From: Candidatus Latescibacterota bacterium
GTDB taxonomy: Bacteria; Latescibacterota; UBA2968
Assembly: GCA_965222605.1 (NCBI GenBank)
Contig: OZ244960.1
Location: 4,448,001 to 4,512,000, forward strand
Reading direction: 5' to 3'
DNA: 64,000 nucleotides
Shown: one piece after another, positions 28,768 through 39,194 of the stretch
How the letters are laid out: each line of letters starts with the position of its first letter
How positions within the stretch are numbered: the first letter of the stretch is position 1
Notes under the pieces: generated by a model
Seen by the model: only the letters and a program-made list of their open reading frames with translations
What the model was told of the DNA's origin: nothing
The model's database searches: none
Translations under genes and position numbers: made by a program

Positions 28768-29238
28768 ATGTCCAAAATTATTTATCTCGCCAGTCCCTAC
28801 GGTTTTTCGTCTCAACAGAAACAGAAACTTTTGCCCGAGTTTGTTCATGTGCTCGAGTCTCTCGGCGCGGAAGTGTGGGAACCCTTTGAACGCAATAACC
28901 AGATTGATAAGGCACAGCCCGGATGGGCGTATCAAATTGGGCAGGCAGATGTGCGCGATGTCAAAGAATCAGACGCGATATTTGCCATTGTCAATGGCAC
29001 GCCACCCGATGAAGGCGTGATGGTTGAGCTTGGCGTTGCCATTGCTTTGGGCAAAAAGACCTTTCTCTTTCGAGACGATTTCCGCCGCTGTACCGATTCA
29101 GAAGACTATGCCCTCAATCTCATGCTTTTTACGGGCCTGCCAGAACACGGCTGGGAAGATTATTATTACACCTCTTTGAATGAAATTGCCGATCCGGATA
29201 AAGCTCTGGTGCGCTGGCTAAATGGAGAGATGGATTGA
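28768..29238 (+). CDS. Nucleoside 2-deoxyribosyltransferase-family protein
   Basis: IYLASPYGFS, PPDEGVMVELGVAIALGK, LNLML; TTGACA upstream at 28701. Confidence 0.85.
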   Translation: MSKIIYLASPYGFSSQQKQKLLPEFVHVLESLGAEVWEPFERNNQIDKAQPGWAYQIGQADVRDVKESDAIFAIVNGTPPDEGVMVELGVAIALGKKTFLFRDDFRRCTDSEDYALNLMLFTGLPEHGWEDYYYTSLNEIADPDKALVRWLNGEMD

Positions 29239-29263
29239 CAGACCTTTTATTCCTGAGTATTAT
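29235..29263 (+). promoter_or_regulatory. sigma70-type promoter of the Uma2 gene
   Basis: TTGACA-17 bp-TATTAT. Confidence 0.6.
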
Positions 29264-29309
29264 ATTTTATTGACGATCATCATTTCACCCAAACAAAACA
29301 GGTTCAGGT

Positions 29310-29858
29310 ATGGCCCTACAAACCGTTGCCACCATGACAGCAGATGAGCTTCTGGTGATGCCGCACAATGGCTATCGCTATGAACTCATAAAGGGAGAAT
29401 TGCGCCAGATGGCTCCAGCGGGAAGTCAGCACGGACGAATTGCAGCAACAATCGGTATCCGCCTTGGATTATTTGTCGAAAACAATGACCTTGGCACAAC
29501 TTATGCCGCCGAAACCGGATTTATTATCGACACTGCGCCCGATACGGTGCGCGCATCCGATGCGAGTTTTGTGTCGAAAGAACGTGCGGAAGCCATAGAC
29601 GAAGAAGGGTTCTTCCCCGGCGCACCCGACCTCGCCGTTGAAGTCGTCTCGCCAAATGATCGCGCATCCGAAGTGACAGAAAAAGCATTTAATTGGTTGG
29701 AGGCAGGTGCGAAGATGGTTATTGTACTCGATCCCAAAACGCGTACAGCAACCGTCTATCGCGGGTTCGATGATGTTCGCGTTCTCACAGAGGACGATAC
29801 AATTGACGGTGGCGATGTCGTGCCCAGGTGGCAATTGCCACTTGCAGATGTATTTTAA
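29310..29858 (+). CDS. Uma2-family (DUF820) endonuclease-fold protein
   Basis: YELIKGEL, ETGF, PDLAVEVVSPND. The usual 'APD' reads 'ASD'. Confidence 0.9.
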   Translation: MALQTVATMTADELLVMPHNGYRYELIKGELRQMAPAGSQHGRIAATIGIRLGLFVENNDLGTTYAAETGFIIDTAPDTVRASDASFVSKERAEAIDEEGFFPGAPDLAVEVVSPNDRASEVTEKAFNWLEAGAKMVIVLDPKTRTATVYRGFDDVRVLTEDDTIDGGDVVPRWQLPLADVF

Positions 29859-29892
29859 AAAAAGGGGCAACCAGAAAAGGTCGCCCCTTTTT
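29857..29892. terminator. Bidirectional terminator between Uma2 and kamA
   Basis: aaaaaggggcaacc-agaaaa-ggtcgccccttttt. Confidence 0.75.
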
Positions 29893-29911
29893 AATATCTA
29901 TTTGCTGTGTC

Positions 29912-31273
29912 TTACCGTGCCGCCTCTATGGCCTCGGCTTTCATCTTTTCCCTCTCCACATCGTCTTGCCATCGCGCTTGTATATCTTCGCCCAAACGCC
30001 AGAGTGGATCAAAATAAAAGAAAAATGTATCGGGTTTTACGACGGGACTGATATAAACGGCGATTCCGGTTTCCCTGTTGTAATATTCATAAGAGTGCGC
30101 GTCTCGTTTTCCGCCGCCGCCCAATGTATCTACGATAAATGTGGGCATGTTGAACCCGGATGTGGTGCCGCGTATGGCTTTTTCAATGGCGATTCCATCG
30201 TCGAGTGTTGTTCGCAGATCTTCAACGCCGCGTACGAGGTCGTGAAAATACACATAATAGGGTTGCACGTTTAAGTAACTCAACCGCTTGACCAGAAGCC
30301 TCATTGTCTCGGCACTGTTATTCACACCGCTTTGAAGTACTGCCTGGTTGCGTATTGTTATTCCGCGCGATTGTAGCCGATTAAGCCCGTCCTGTGTAAT
30401 GCCGGTGATTTCGGCAGGGTGATTAAAATGGGTATGTAGCACCACTTCTTTGTGTATTTTTCGCCCGCGATCCACCACGCGCGTCAGCGCATCTACCCAG
30501 GCATCATCTGTGACGAGTTTTTGAGGCATGACCGCCGGGCCTTTGGTCGCAAAGCGAAATCGCCGAATGTGGTCAATATCCAGCAGGCGATTGCCCAATT
30601 CTTCGAGTTGATCGGCTTTGAGCTGATACATGTCGCCGCCGCTGACCACTACGTCTTCCACTTCTGGGCGCGATTGAATATACTCAATCGCATTGTCCCA
30701 TCGCGCGCGATTGACCCGAAGATTTACCTTTTCCACATCTTCTGTATCCAGCCCCACGGCATAGCTGCGGGTGCAAAATCGACAATATACGGGACAGGTG
30801 TCCAGTACGAGGAATAACACGCGGTCTGGATAGCGATGTGTCAATCCCGCAACGGGGGCATCCCCCAATTCATTGAGCGAATCGAGGTGCAGTTCGGGGT
30901 GATCGTGTTCTTGCTCGCATCTGAGAGACAAAAATTGTTTGCGGAGCGGGTCGCGATACGGGTCATCCCAATTGATCAAGCTCAAGATATACGGCGAAAT
31001 CCGCACGCTCATGGGCGCGTGTTGCAGGCCCGCTGCGACCTCTTGATAAAAGTCATTGGATACCCGATTCTCAAGGACTCGCATCAATTTACCGACACTG
31101 GTTATTGAATGGCGCATCTGAAAGATGTGCGAGTGAAAGGTGTGCGCGTCTATGTCTGCAAATGCGGGAATGTGTCGCCAAAATTCGTCCCGGCGCAACT
31201 CGCGATGCACGAGAGCCTCGGGATCGACGGGCGGTTTTGTGCGGGGGGCATAAACTTCTTCGATAACGTCCAT
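29912..31273 (-). CDS. kamA: KamA-family radical SAM protein (lysine 2,3-aminomutase-like)
   Basis: LTHRYPDR, CPVYCRFCTR, SGGD, HFNHP, NQAVL, GGGGK (PLP Lys). Confidence 0.88.
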   Translation of the reverse strand: MDVIEEVYAPRTKPPVDPEALVHRELRRDEFWRHIPAFADIDAHTFHSHIFQMRHSITSVGKLMRVLENRVSNDFYQEVAAGLQHAPMSVRISPYILSLINWDDPYRDPLRKQFLSLRCEQEHDHPELHLDSLNELGDAPVAGLTHRYPDRVLFLVLDTCPVYCRFCTRSYAVGLDTEDVEKVNLRVNRARWDNAIEYIQSRPEVEDVVVSGGDMYQLKADQLEELGNRLLDIDHIRRFRFATKGPAVMPQKLVTDDAWVDALTRVVDRGRKIHKEVVLHTHFNHPAEITGITQDGLNRLQSRGITIRNQAVLQSGVNNSAETMRLLVKRLSYLNVQPYYVYFHDLVRGVEDLRTTLDDGIAIEKAIRGTTSGFNMPTFIVDTLGGGGKRDAHSYEYYNRETGIAVYISPVVKPDTFFFYFDPLWRLGEDIQARWQDDVEREKMKAEAIEAAR

Positions 31274-31352
31274 CTTTCTGCCTTTTTAAGTTAAATGCAA
31301 AGTAAGGTATGGCTACGCCTGCCTACAGCCTGCGCCTGTGCACAGGCTATCT

Positions 31353-31381
31353 ATAATACACCCACAGTATATGTCTGTCAA
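31353..31381 (-). promoter_or_regulatory. sigma70-type promoter of kamA
   Basis: TTGACA-17 bp-TATTAT on the minus strand. Confidence 0.6.
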
Positions 31382-31468
31382 GTCTGGGCGCGGACAAAAA
31401 CCTTGTTCAACCTGTTTGTTTATTTTACTTTAGGAAATCCATTACCATCATTCTGAACGGAATTTTCC

Positions 31469-34216
31469 ATGCCAAAACGCGCGTTTATTATCCTCATTCT
31501 GGGTTTTACTGTTTTTGCAGCTTTTGTTGGGCTGAGGCTGCTCTCGGTGATTTATACCGATTATCTCTGGTTTTTAGAACTCGGCTTTCACAATGCATTT
31601 ATCACCATTATACGCACTAAGACCCTCGCCCTTTTCGCATTTGGAAGTGTTTTTGCACTGATTTGCGGTATTAGTATTGCCGCTGCCCGGCGCTATGGAC
31701 AGCCCACGCGCATCATGGCGCTTGAGGTTATTATCGATGGCGATATTTCCATACCGCCTGATCACTCCCTCCGACAGCGCTACGCCTGGATCGGGATTGT
31801 TGCGCTGTTGTCCTTTTTTATGGGTGTTGCGGGCACCTCGGCCTGGTCAGTTGTTCTCAAATACGCCAATCCCACTTCTTTTGACCTGGCCGATCCCATA
31901 TTTGGGCACGACATAGGATTTTATGTTTTTAGCCTGCCGCTGTACAATTTTCTGCAGGGTTGGTTTATTTCTGCAATTATTGTGACGGGGATTGCTACGG
32001 TTGTTTCCTATCACCAGGATAGGGCGATTCGATTCGATGACAAGCGCTGGATTACGACCCCGTATGTGCGGGCACACGTCTCGATTCTCGGCGCTGTTCT
32101 CGCTCTTTTGCTCGCGTGGGGGTATTGGCTAAAAAGATACGAACTGCTCTATTCCTTTCGCAAAGAAGTTTTTGTTGGCGCGGGTTATACAGACCTCAAT
32201 ATTCAAATTTGGGCCTACTATCTGATGCTTTTGGGGCTTATTGTTCTCGCGGGTTTGCTCTTTTACAACGTGCGCGTTCGCACATGGACGATTCCCGGAT
32301 TTGGCGCGGCGGGCTATCTCGGTTCGCTCATTGTTGTGAGTTGGTTTATCCCTATTGTCTTTGAATTGGTGGTTGTGCGGCCCAATGAGTTTGACAGAGA
32401 AAAGCCCTATATTCAACATGCTATTAATTACACGCGCAAAGCATATAGTCTGGACAAGATCGAGGAGGTACCTTTTCCCGGAGAATCTGATCTCACTGCG
32501 GATGATATCGCAAATAATCAGGCTACCATACAAAGTATTCCGCTGTGGGATCGCCGCCCGCTTATGGACACGTATTCGCAGATTCAGGAAATTCGGTCCT
32601 ATTACAAATTTCGAAGTGTCGATGTGGATCGGTATCGCATTGACGGCACGTATCGGCAGGTTATGCTGGCTGCCCGCGAACTGGCGAGAAATCCGCGCGA
32701 TTTGCCAGGGGATACATGGGTTAATCGGCATCTTGTGTACACGCATGGATACGGTCTGGTCATGAGTCCGGCCAATGAGATTGCAGCCGAGGGGCTGCCG
32801 GGGTTTCTGCTCAAAGATATTCCACCGGTTACATCAACTGGCCTGGAGGTTGTCCGCCCCGAACTCTACTACGGGGAAGACATGCGCGATTATGTCATCG
32901 TTCGGACCAACACACCCGAATTTGACTATCCCAAAGGCGATGAGAATATATACACGTCCTACAAGGGGCGCGGTGGCGTACCATTGGGCGAATTTTTGAC
33001 GCGCCTTGCATTTGCCATTCGCTTTGTCGATCCATTTATTCTTTTTACCGATGCGATAACGTCTCAAAGTCGCATTGTTTTTGACCGGCACATCGGCACC
33101 CGCTTTGGCGAAGATGCCCCGCGGCGGTTTGACAAAATTGCTCCATTTCTCCGTTTTGACAACGATCCCTATCTCGCTCTGGTTGAAGGCCGCCTGGTCT
33201 GGATACAGGATGCCTATACCGTGTCCAATATGTTTCCCTATTCGATGCCCTATGGGCGGCCTTATGTGCGAGAGATGAATTATATCCGCAATTCTGTCAA
33301 AGTGGTGCTCGATGCGTACAACGGTAGCGTCACCTTTTACGCTTGGGATACGAGCGATCCCCTTCTCAAGACCTATATGGCGATTTTCCCACACCTGTTC
33401 AAGTCAGCCGATGAAATCAGTCCCGCACTTCGCGCACACCTGCGGTATCCGATAGATATGTTTGATATTCAGGTGTCGCTTTACAATACGTATCACATGA
33501 CCACTCCGGTTGTGTTTTACAACCGCGAGGATGTGTGGGAAATCCCCACCGAATACTACGGCACAGTTGATCGCCCCATTCGCATGCGTCCGTATTATGT
33601 GATGGTGCGCTTGCCGGATGAAGACCGCGAGGAATATATCCTCATGCTGCCGGCCACACCTTCCAACAAACCGAATATGATCGGATGGGTATTTGCGCGC
33701 TGTGACGGAGAAAATTACGGACGACTTGTGGTCTATAAATTGCCCAAGGAAAAGCTTATTTACGGGCCGATGCTCATCGAACAACGCATCAATCAGGATA
33801 CCGATATTTCCCGAGAAATTACCCTGTGGGACCAACGCGGGTCAGATGTCATACGAGGCAATTTGCTGGTTATTCCCATTCGCAATTCGTTCATTTATGT
33901 CGAGCCGCTTTATCTGCGCGCGTCCCAACACGGCATGCCAGAGCTCAAGCGCGTGCTCGCCATTCACGGCGATCACCTCGCTATGGGCGAAGATCTCAAC
34001 GATGCCCTCAACAGGGTTTTTGCCAAAACAACGGGCGTGGGAGTTCGGGATCGGGATATTGAAAATTTGCCAGAAGATCTCAAAGCACTTGCGCGTCAGG
34101 CATATCTCCTCTTTGAAACGGCTCAAAAGCACTTGAGTTCAGGCGCGTTTTCCGATTATGGACAAAGCATTGAGGCACTGCGTCAAACCCTTCAGCGCAT
34201 GAATGAAAATGAATAG
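31469..34216 (+). CDS. UPF0182-family membrane protein
   Basis: TDYLWF, DPIFGHDIGFYVF, DVDRY, HLVYTHGYG, NYIRNSVK, YVEPLY. Confidence 0.93.
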   Translation: MPKRAFIILILGFTVFAAFVGLRLLSVIYTDYLWFLELGFHNAFITIIRTKTLALFAFGSVFALICGISIAAARRYGQPTRIMALEVIIDGDISIPPDHSLRQRYAWIGIVALLSFFMGVAGTSAWSVVLKYANPTSFDLADPIFGHDIGFYVFSLPLYNFLQGWFISAIIVTGIATVVSYHQDRAIRFDDKRWITTPYVRAHVSILGAVLALLLAWGYWLKRYELLYSFRKEVFVGAGYTDLNIQIWAYYLMLLGLIVLAGLLFYNVRVRTWTIPGFGAAGYLGSLIVVSWFIPIVFELVVVRPNEFDREKPYIQHAINYTRKAYSLDKIEEVPFPGESDLTADDIANNQATIQSIPLWDRRPLMDTYSQIQEIRSYYKFRSVDVDRYRIDGTYRQVMLAARELARNPRDLPGDTWVNRHLVYTHGYGLVMSPANEIAAEGLPGFLLKDIPPVTSTGLEVVRPELYYGEDMRDYVIVRTNTPEFDYPKGDENIYTSYKGRGGVPLGEFLTRLAFAIRFVDPFILFTDAITSQSRIVFDRHIGTRFGEDAPRRFDKIAPFLRFDNDPYLALVEGRLVWIQDAYTVSNMFPYSMPYGRPYVREMNYIRNSVKVVLDAYNGSVTFYAWDTSDPLLKTYMAIFPHLFKSADEISPALRAHLRYPIDMFDIQVSLYNTYHMTTPVVFYNREDVWEIPTEYYGTVDRPIRMRPYYVMVRLPDEDREEYILMLPATPSNKPNMIGWVFARCDGENYGRLVVYKLPKEKLIYGPMLIEQRINQDTDISREITLWDQRGSDVIRGNLLVIPIRNSFIYVEPLYLRASQHGMPELKRVLAIHGDHLAMGEDLNDALNRVFAKTTGVGVRDRDIENLPEDLKALARQAYLLFETAQKHLSSGAFSDYGQSIEALRQTLQRMNENE

Positions 34217-35117
34217 ACAGGTCTCAAAGTGGGCGGGGTTGCTCACTGAACAGCGCAATCCCAACAGCACCCATATTGACCGGTGTTCAACGGTGGATGC
34301 GTTGCGCCTTATCAATGCCGAAGATCAAAAAGTAGCGCGTGCTGTTGAAGATGTGATAGATGATATTGCCAGTGCTGTCGATCTCGTGGTATCGGCATTT
34401 CAAAAGGGCGGCCGCCTTTTTTATATTGGCGCGGGAACCAGCGGTCGCCTCGGCGTTCTCGATGCGTCTGAATGTCCACCGACCTATGGCGTATCACCCG
34501 ATCTCGTGCAGGGTATTATCGCCGGTGGTATTCCCGCTTTGACGCATTCACAAGAAGGTGCGGAAGACCATCCCGAAGATGGAGAAGCAGCACTCAAAGA
34601 TCGCGGCTGCACATCCGATGATGTCGTTATGGGTATTGCGGCGAGTGGGGTTACTCCTTTTGTGCTCGGTGCGCTCGAATACGCACAACGTATTGGCGCG
34701 AAGGCTTTGTTTTTTACATGTAATCCCGATGTCGTAGAAAAAGTACGCGCAGATGTTGCAATTGTCCCTGTTGTGGGGCCAGAAGTCATTGCCGGCTCGA
34801 CGCGCATGAAAGCGGGTACGGCTACCAAGCTCGTGCTCAATATGATAACGACAACGGCCATGATCCGCGTGGGCAAGGTCTATGAAAATTTGATGGTTGA
34901 CCTCGCGCCGACCTGCGACAAACTCATAGACCGCGCAGAACGCATTTTGGGGATCGTATCTGATCTGACGCCTGAAGAAAGTCGTCGGGCACTTGACAAT
35001 GCACTGGGCGATCTCAAAACGGCTATTGTCATGACAAAGCGGGCTGTCTCCATAGAAACAGCCCGCGAGTTGCTGCGGCAAAACGATGGCGTTATCAATA
35101 AGGTCCTGGCGGATTAA
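34203..35117 (+). CDS. murQ: N-acetylmuramic acid 6-phosphate etherase
   Basis: TEQRNP, GAGTSGRLGVLDASECPPT, GPEVIAGSTRMKAGTATK. Confidence 0.96.
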   Translation: MKMNRQVSKWAGLLTEQRNPNSTHIDRCSTVDALRLINAEDQKVARAVEDVIDDIASAVDLVVSAFQKGGRLFYIGAGTSGRLGVLDASECPPTYGVSPDLVQGIIAGGIPALTHSQEGAEDHPEDGEAALKDRGCTSDDVVMGIAASGVTPFVLGALEYAQRIGAKALFFTCNPDVVEKVRADVAIVPVVGPEVIAGSTRMKAGTATKLVLNMITTTAMIRVGKVYENLMVDLAPTCDKLIDRAERILGIVSDLTPEESRRALDNALGDLKTAIVMTKRAVSIETARELLRQNDGVINKVLAD

Positions 35118-36643
35118 GACTTACTTTGTTCCCCTTGATAGAATGCTTTTACCAGGCCGTTGAGAAAGTCTTTGGGCTGACGCACGGCTTCTGCGGTAAT
35201 GACAAAAGACTGGTGTCCCAACAGTTTTAGCCCGTGCCCGTAATCATCGAATAAATCCGGACACACTTCGTCAACTGTGCGATTTTCTTTTGTTGCCTTT
35301 TCGGCAAGTGCGCCCAGTGCTTCATTGTCAAATGTGAGTGCGATGCCATAAGCGCTCTGGAATCGCTTGACAAATGCGCTCGTGCCCCTCAAGACCAGCA
35401 ATTGCTGAAGTGCGTGTTCGGGATTTTCAATCACATTTTTCGTGACGTGAAACGAATCGATGTCTGTCGATGGCAATGATTTTTCAAATTTTAGCAACGC
35501 GCGTTCACATACGCTGACCAGACTCCGTGCGCCGGTTTGTTCCAGGGCGGCTTGTTCAGCCAACAACCTGAGGGCGTCGTCGTCAAAAGTCAGATCAATG
35601 CCGTAGGATTTGAAATCGCGTTTCTTGCCCAAAACCACCGAACTGGTCGGGCTTTGCAAGATCGCGTAGAGATCGTCAACGCTCAAGGGCGTTAAAATTG
35701 CTGTTACGGGTAACCGCCCCACAAACTCAGATTCAAAACCGTATTCGATCAGGTCTTCTGTTTTGGCGTATTGCAAAAGTTCTGTGTGATCCTGTTCGTG
35801 AGCAATGTCGCGCCCCGATTGAAACCCGACTTTGCCCAGGTTGAGACGCTTGCGCACGATGTCATCGAGTCCGCTGAAGGCACCACTTACGATAAACAGG
35901 ATATTGCGCGTGTTAATTTTTTGACGCTCTACTTTGCCACTGCGCTGAAACTGCATCATGGATTCCATCTGCGATGTGAGGTCGTGCGGTGCTTTGAGAT
36001 CGACATCGGTTTCTTCCATGAGCTTGAGCAAGTTGCGCTGAACGCCAGTGCGCGATACATCTGGGCCGACCTGATTTGAGCTCGATGCGATTTTGTCTAT
36101 TTCGTCGATGTACACGATGCCGTATTGTGCCATTTCAATACTGCCATCGGCTTCGCGCACGAGTTCTCGAATCAGGTCTTCGACATCGCCACCCACATAT
36201 CCCGTTTCGCTGAATTTTGTCGCATCGCCCTTGACAAATGGAACGCCAATGCGTTGTGCAATCAACTTGATCAAATACGTTTTGCCCACGCCCGTAGGGC
36301 CAATCAGGAGTATATTGTTTTTGATTTGCCCCACATTTTTGTGCGAAAATTCTGGGTCTTCGTGGTCGAGTTTCATGCGGTTGTAATGCGTACATATCTT
36401 GGTGGCTAATACTTCTTTTGCTTCGGCTTGTTGCACCACATACTCGTTTAAATAAGCCTCCAACTCTTCGGGTTTGAGGTCAAAATCTATGGTTTGTTCT
36501 GCGGGTTCTTCCACGCGGGGACCTTCCTGCATCCCGTCAGTCTCCCCTTCGGGAAAGACCACCTGATTCCCGTATTTTTGTTCGAGGAAATTTTTGAGAT
36601 CTTTTTGCAATTCTGCTGGAGAAAAAGGTCGTTTTTCAGACAT
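35114..36643 (-). CDS. ClpX-like AAA+ ATPase lacking the zinc-binding domain, with a duplicated C-terminal small domain
   Basis: GPTGVGKT, GYVG pore loop, DEIDKI, VGF loop, EFVGRLP, TGARSL; no N-terminal CxxC. Confidence 0.85.
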   Translation of the reverse strand: MSEKRPFSPAELQKDLKNFLEQKYGNQVVFPEGETDGMQEGPRVEEPAEQTIDFDLKPEELEAYLNEYVVQQAEAKEVLATKICTHYNRMKLDHEDPEFSHKNVGQIKNNILLIGPTGVGKTYLIKLIAQRIGVPFVKGDATKFSETGYVGGDVEDLIRELVREADGSIEMAQYGIVYIDEIDKIASSSNQVGPDVSRTGVQRNLLKLMEETDVDLKAPHDLTSQMESMMQFQRSGKVERQKINTRNILFIVSGAFSGLDDIVRKRLNLGKVGFQSGRDIAHEQDHTELLQYAKTEDLIEYGFESEFVGRLPVTAILTPLSVDDLYAILQSPTSSVVLGKKRDFKSYGIDLTFDDDALRLLAEQAALEQTGARSLVSVCERALLKFEKSLPSTDIDSFHVTKNVIENPEHALQQLLVLRGTSAFVKRFQSAYGIALTFDNEALGALAEKATKENRTVDEVCPDLFDDYGHGLKLLGHQSFVITAEAVRQPKDFLNGLVKAFYQGEQSKS

Positions 36644-36800
36644 AAAAAAGCTCCAGTGTCAAGAGGCTGGGGACTGGGACAGGTCTCAGTCCATCCAGAG
36701 TAGTAATAACTGAAAGCATCTACAACGATACCAATACTGCTTCTGACTGTCAAGTTATCATCAGAACATACAAACCGCGTACTCAAAAAATATTACGGAG

Positions 36801-38537
36801 ATGAATACAGGTATGAATCTCAGTCCACTAACACTTCGTCGGTTATGCGATGAATTGCGGCCTCAGATTGACCATCGTCTGATCCGCGATGTGTACCTCG
36901 TTGGTCGGCACGATCTCTTTTTTTCTCTGGGCGATGCCGGGCATCTTTTGCTTTCTGCACAACCGAGTCGCAGTTGCCTGATGCTGACCCAACCGCCCAG
37001 CGACGCCCAGCGCGTGCGCATCCCCTGGGCAGATCGCTATTTGCGCGGTGCGGGTATTATTGGCATTGAGCATGTTCCCCACGAACGCATTGTGCATCTC
37101 GTGGTTCGCAAGCGCGATCGCATTGGCACTACTACCGATTCCCGCATTATATGCGAATTGATCAACAGGTATGCCAATGTTGTTCTCGTCGATATGAGAA
37201 CGGAACGAATTCTGGGGTCACTCAGGTCTGTTCGCTCGCGTCAGAACCGCGTGCGGGAAATATTGCCGGGAAAGATCTATCAGCCGCCGCCAGCACTTGA
37301 CCGCACACCGCCGGAAAGCGCGAAGCTTTCCTTTTTGATCGAGATTCCCAAAGATATGCGCGCAAACGCGCTTGTACAAAATATTGCGGGGCTCGATCTT
37401 ATATCTGCACGCGAATTGCTTTATATTGCTGGTTTTGTGGAAAAACATTCGCTTTCCGCCAGCGATCTCGCAAATTTTGCGGAAATTATTCGCGCCTTTT
37501 TTGCGAATCCGCCATTTTATGACGGAGGCTTGCGCGTGCGCGATGGGGATAATCGCAACGCGGTTTGTGCCCTTGATGTCCGGCATACGCAGATAGAACA
37601 GATGTATAGTACGCTCGGCGAAGCCATATCGGATGTTGCGGCGTGCGAAGTCCAGGCTGAAGCACTTAAAGGGCGACAGAAAAATATTGAGAAGGATGTG
37701 AAAAAACGCCTGACTATCTGCGAGCGGAAAATTGCGCGTATCCGCGCAGATATCGACGATGCGGGCAATGCGGACTTGTATGAAAAGATGGGCAATGTGC
37801 TGATGTGTCACATCGCGCAGATTCCTCTGAATGTCGATACTATCACGCTGCCCGATGTGTTTAGTCCATCCGGTGGGGATATGGTTATTCCTCTCAATCC
37901 GAGACGCACGGCTTCGGAAAATGCCAGTGCGTATCTCAAGCGGGCGCGAAAAGCGCGAAAAGGCGCGCCTATTCTCGCCAAACGCCTCGTGGTCGCGCAG
38001 AGGGAAAAGGATGAAATCCAGCAGTACATAGATCGCATCAATACTGTCCGTTCAGAAGCTGAGTTTGATGAGATACGCAGGGAACTGGAAGACGCACGCC
38101 TGATCAAAACACCAAAAAAGAGACCGCAATCCAGGTCCAAACGCCAGCCTGGCGATATTCATCCCAGGCGATATCGCACACAAGACGGTTGGCGCGTGCT
38201 GGTGGGGCGGAATAATGCGGAAAACGATAGGCTTACCAAAAGTTCAGGCCGCGACGATCTCTTTTTGCATGCTCACGGGTGCCCGGGATCCCATGTGATT
38301 CTCAAACGCGATGGCAGAGCGGATCGTCCCTCTCAGAAAACACTTAAAGAAGCGGCCAGTCTGGCGGCTTATTGGAGCAAAGCGCGGGGTGCCAAAAGTG
38401 TGCCGGTCAATTATACGGAGGTTCGCTATGTGCAAAAACCGCGCGGGGCACCGCCGGGTCTGGTCACGATTCGCAACGAAAAAACCGTGATGGTCTCGCC
38501 TCGTGAACTCAAGCGCGAGGATGGGGAATATTCATAA
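36801..38537 (+). CDS. rqcH: Ribosome quality-control protein RqcH/NEMF (NFACT family)
   Basis: NFACT-N (ERIV, ELINRYANVVL), coiled coils, NFACT-R (VGRNNAENDRL, HAHGCPGSHV, AAYWSK, KPRGAPPGLV). Confidence 0.88.
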   Translation: MNTGMNLSPLTLRRLCDELRPQIDHRLIRDVYLVGRHDLFFSLGDAGHLLLSAQPSRSCLMLTQPPSDAQRVRIPWADRYLRGAGIIGIEHVPHERIVHLVVRKRDRIGTTTDSRIICELINRYANVVLVDMRTERILGSLRSVRSRQNRVREILPGKIYQPPPALDRTPPESAKLSFLIEIPKDMRANALVQNIAGLDLISARELLYIAGFVEKHSLSASDLANFAEIIRAFFANPPFYDGGLRVRDGDNRNAVCALDVRHTQIEQMYSTLGEAISDVAACEVQAEALKGRQKNIEKDVKKRLTICERKIARIRADIDDAGNADLYEKMGNVLMCHIAQIPLNVDTITLPDVFSPSGGDMVIPLNPRRTASENASAYLKRARKARKGAPILAKRLVVAQREKDEIQQYIDRINTVRSEAEFDEIRRELEDARLIKTPKKRPQSRSKRQPGDIHPRRYRTQDGWRVLVGRNNAENDRLTKSSGRDDLFLHAHGCPGSHVILKRDGRADRPSQKTLKEAASLAAYWSKARGAKSVPVNYTEVRYVQKPRGAPPGLVTIRNEKTVMVSPRELKREDGEYS

Positions 38538-39194
38538 TTTTTTTTTCAAGGGAGATATTGTGTCGCGAAAGAAGGTATTGATTACAGGTGCAGCAGGGCG
38601 AATTGGCGTGGTTCTCACAGATGGTTTGCACGAGCGGTATCAACTGAGAGTGCTGTACAATCGCACGATTTTAGATCAGAAGTACGACGAGGAAGTGCTG
38701 GTGGCAAATATTACGGATCTGGGGAAGATGGAAGAGGCAGTAGATGGAATGGATGCGGTGGTTCACATGGCGGGGAATCCGTCGGGCGGTGCGACGTTTG
38801 AAGAAACCGTGGAGGCGAATATTATCGGCACCTACAATATTTATGAGGCGTGCAAGCGCAGGGGGGTGAAGCGGGTGATTTTTGCCAGTACAAATCACGT
38901 TACGGGCATGTACGAAAAGAAGGGGCCGATTTATACGACCTGGGAAATGCCCGTGCGTCCGGACAGTTATTACGGTGCGAGCAAAGCTTATGGCGAAGCG
39001 TTGGGACGGTATTATGTCGATGAATATGGGCTGTCTGTGATTTGCCATCGCATTGGGTCTTTTCAGCCTGTTTCTTCTGTTCGCAATCGAGGTAGTGACC
39101 GCATTTTATCGACCTGGTTGAGTTATAAAGATACTGTGCAATTGACCTGGCGAAGCATTGAGGCACCGGAGAAAATTGATTTTGCGATTTATTA

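Noticed and set aside
35114-36643. Calling this gene canonical clpX or hslU
   Set aside because: No zinc-binding domain, a duplicated C-terminal domain, and no adjacent clpP/hslV.
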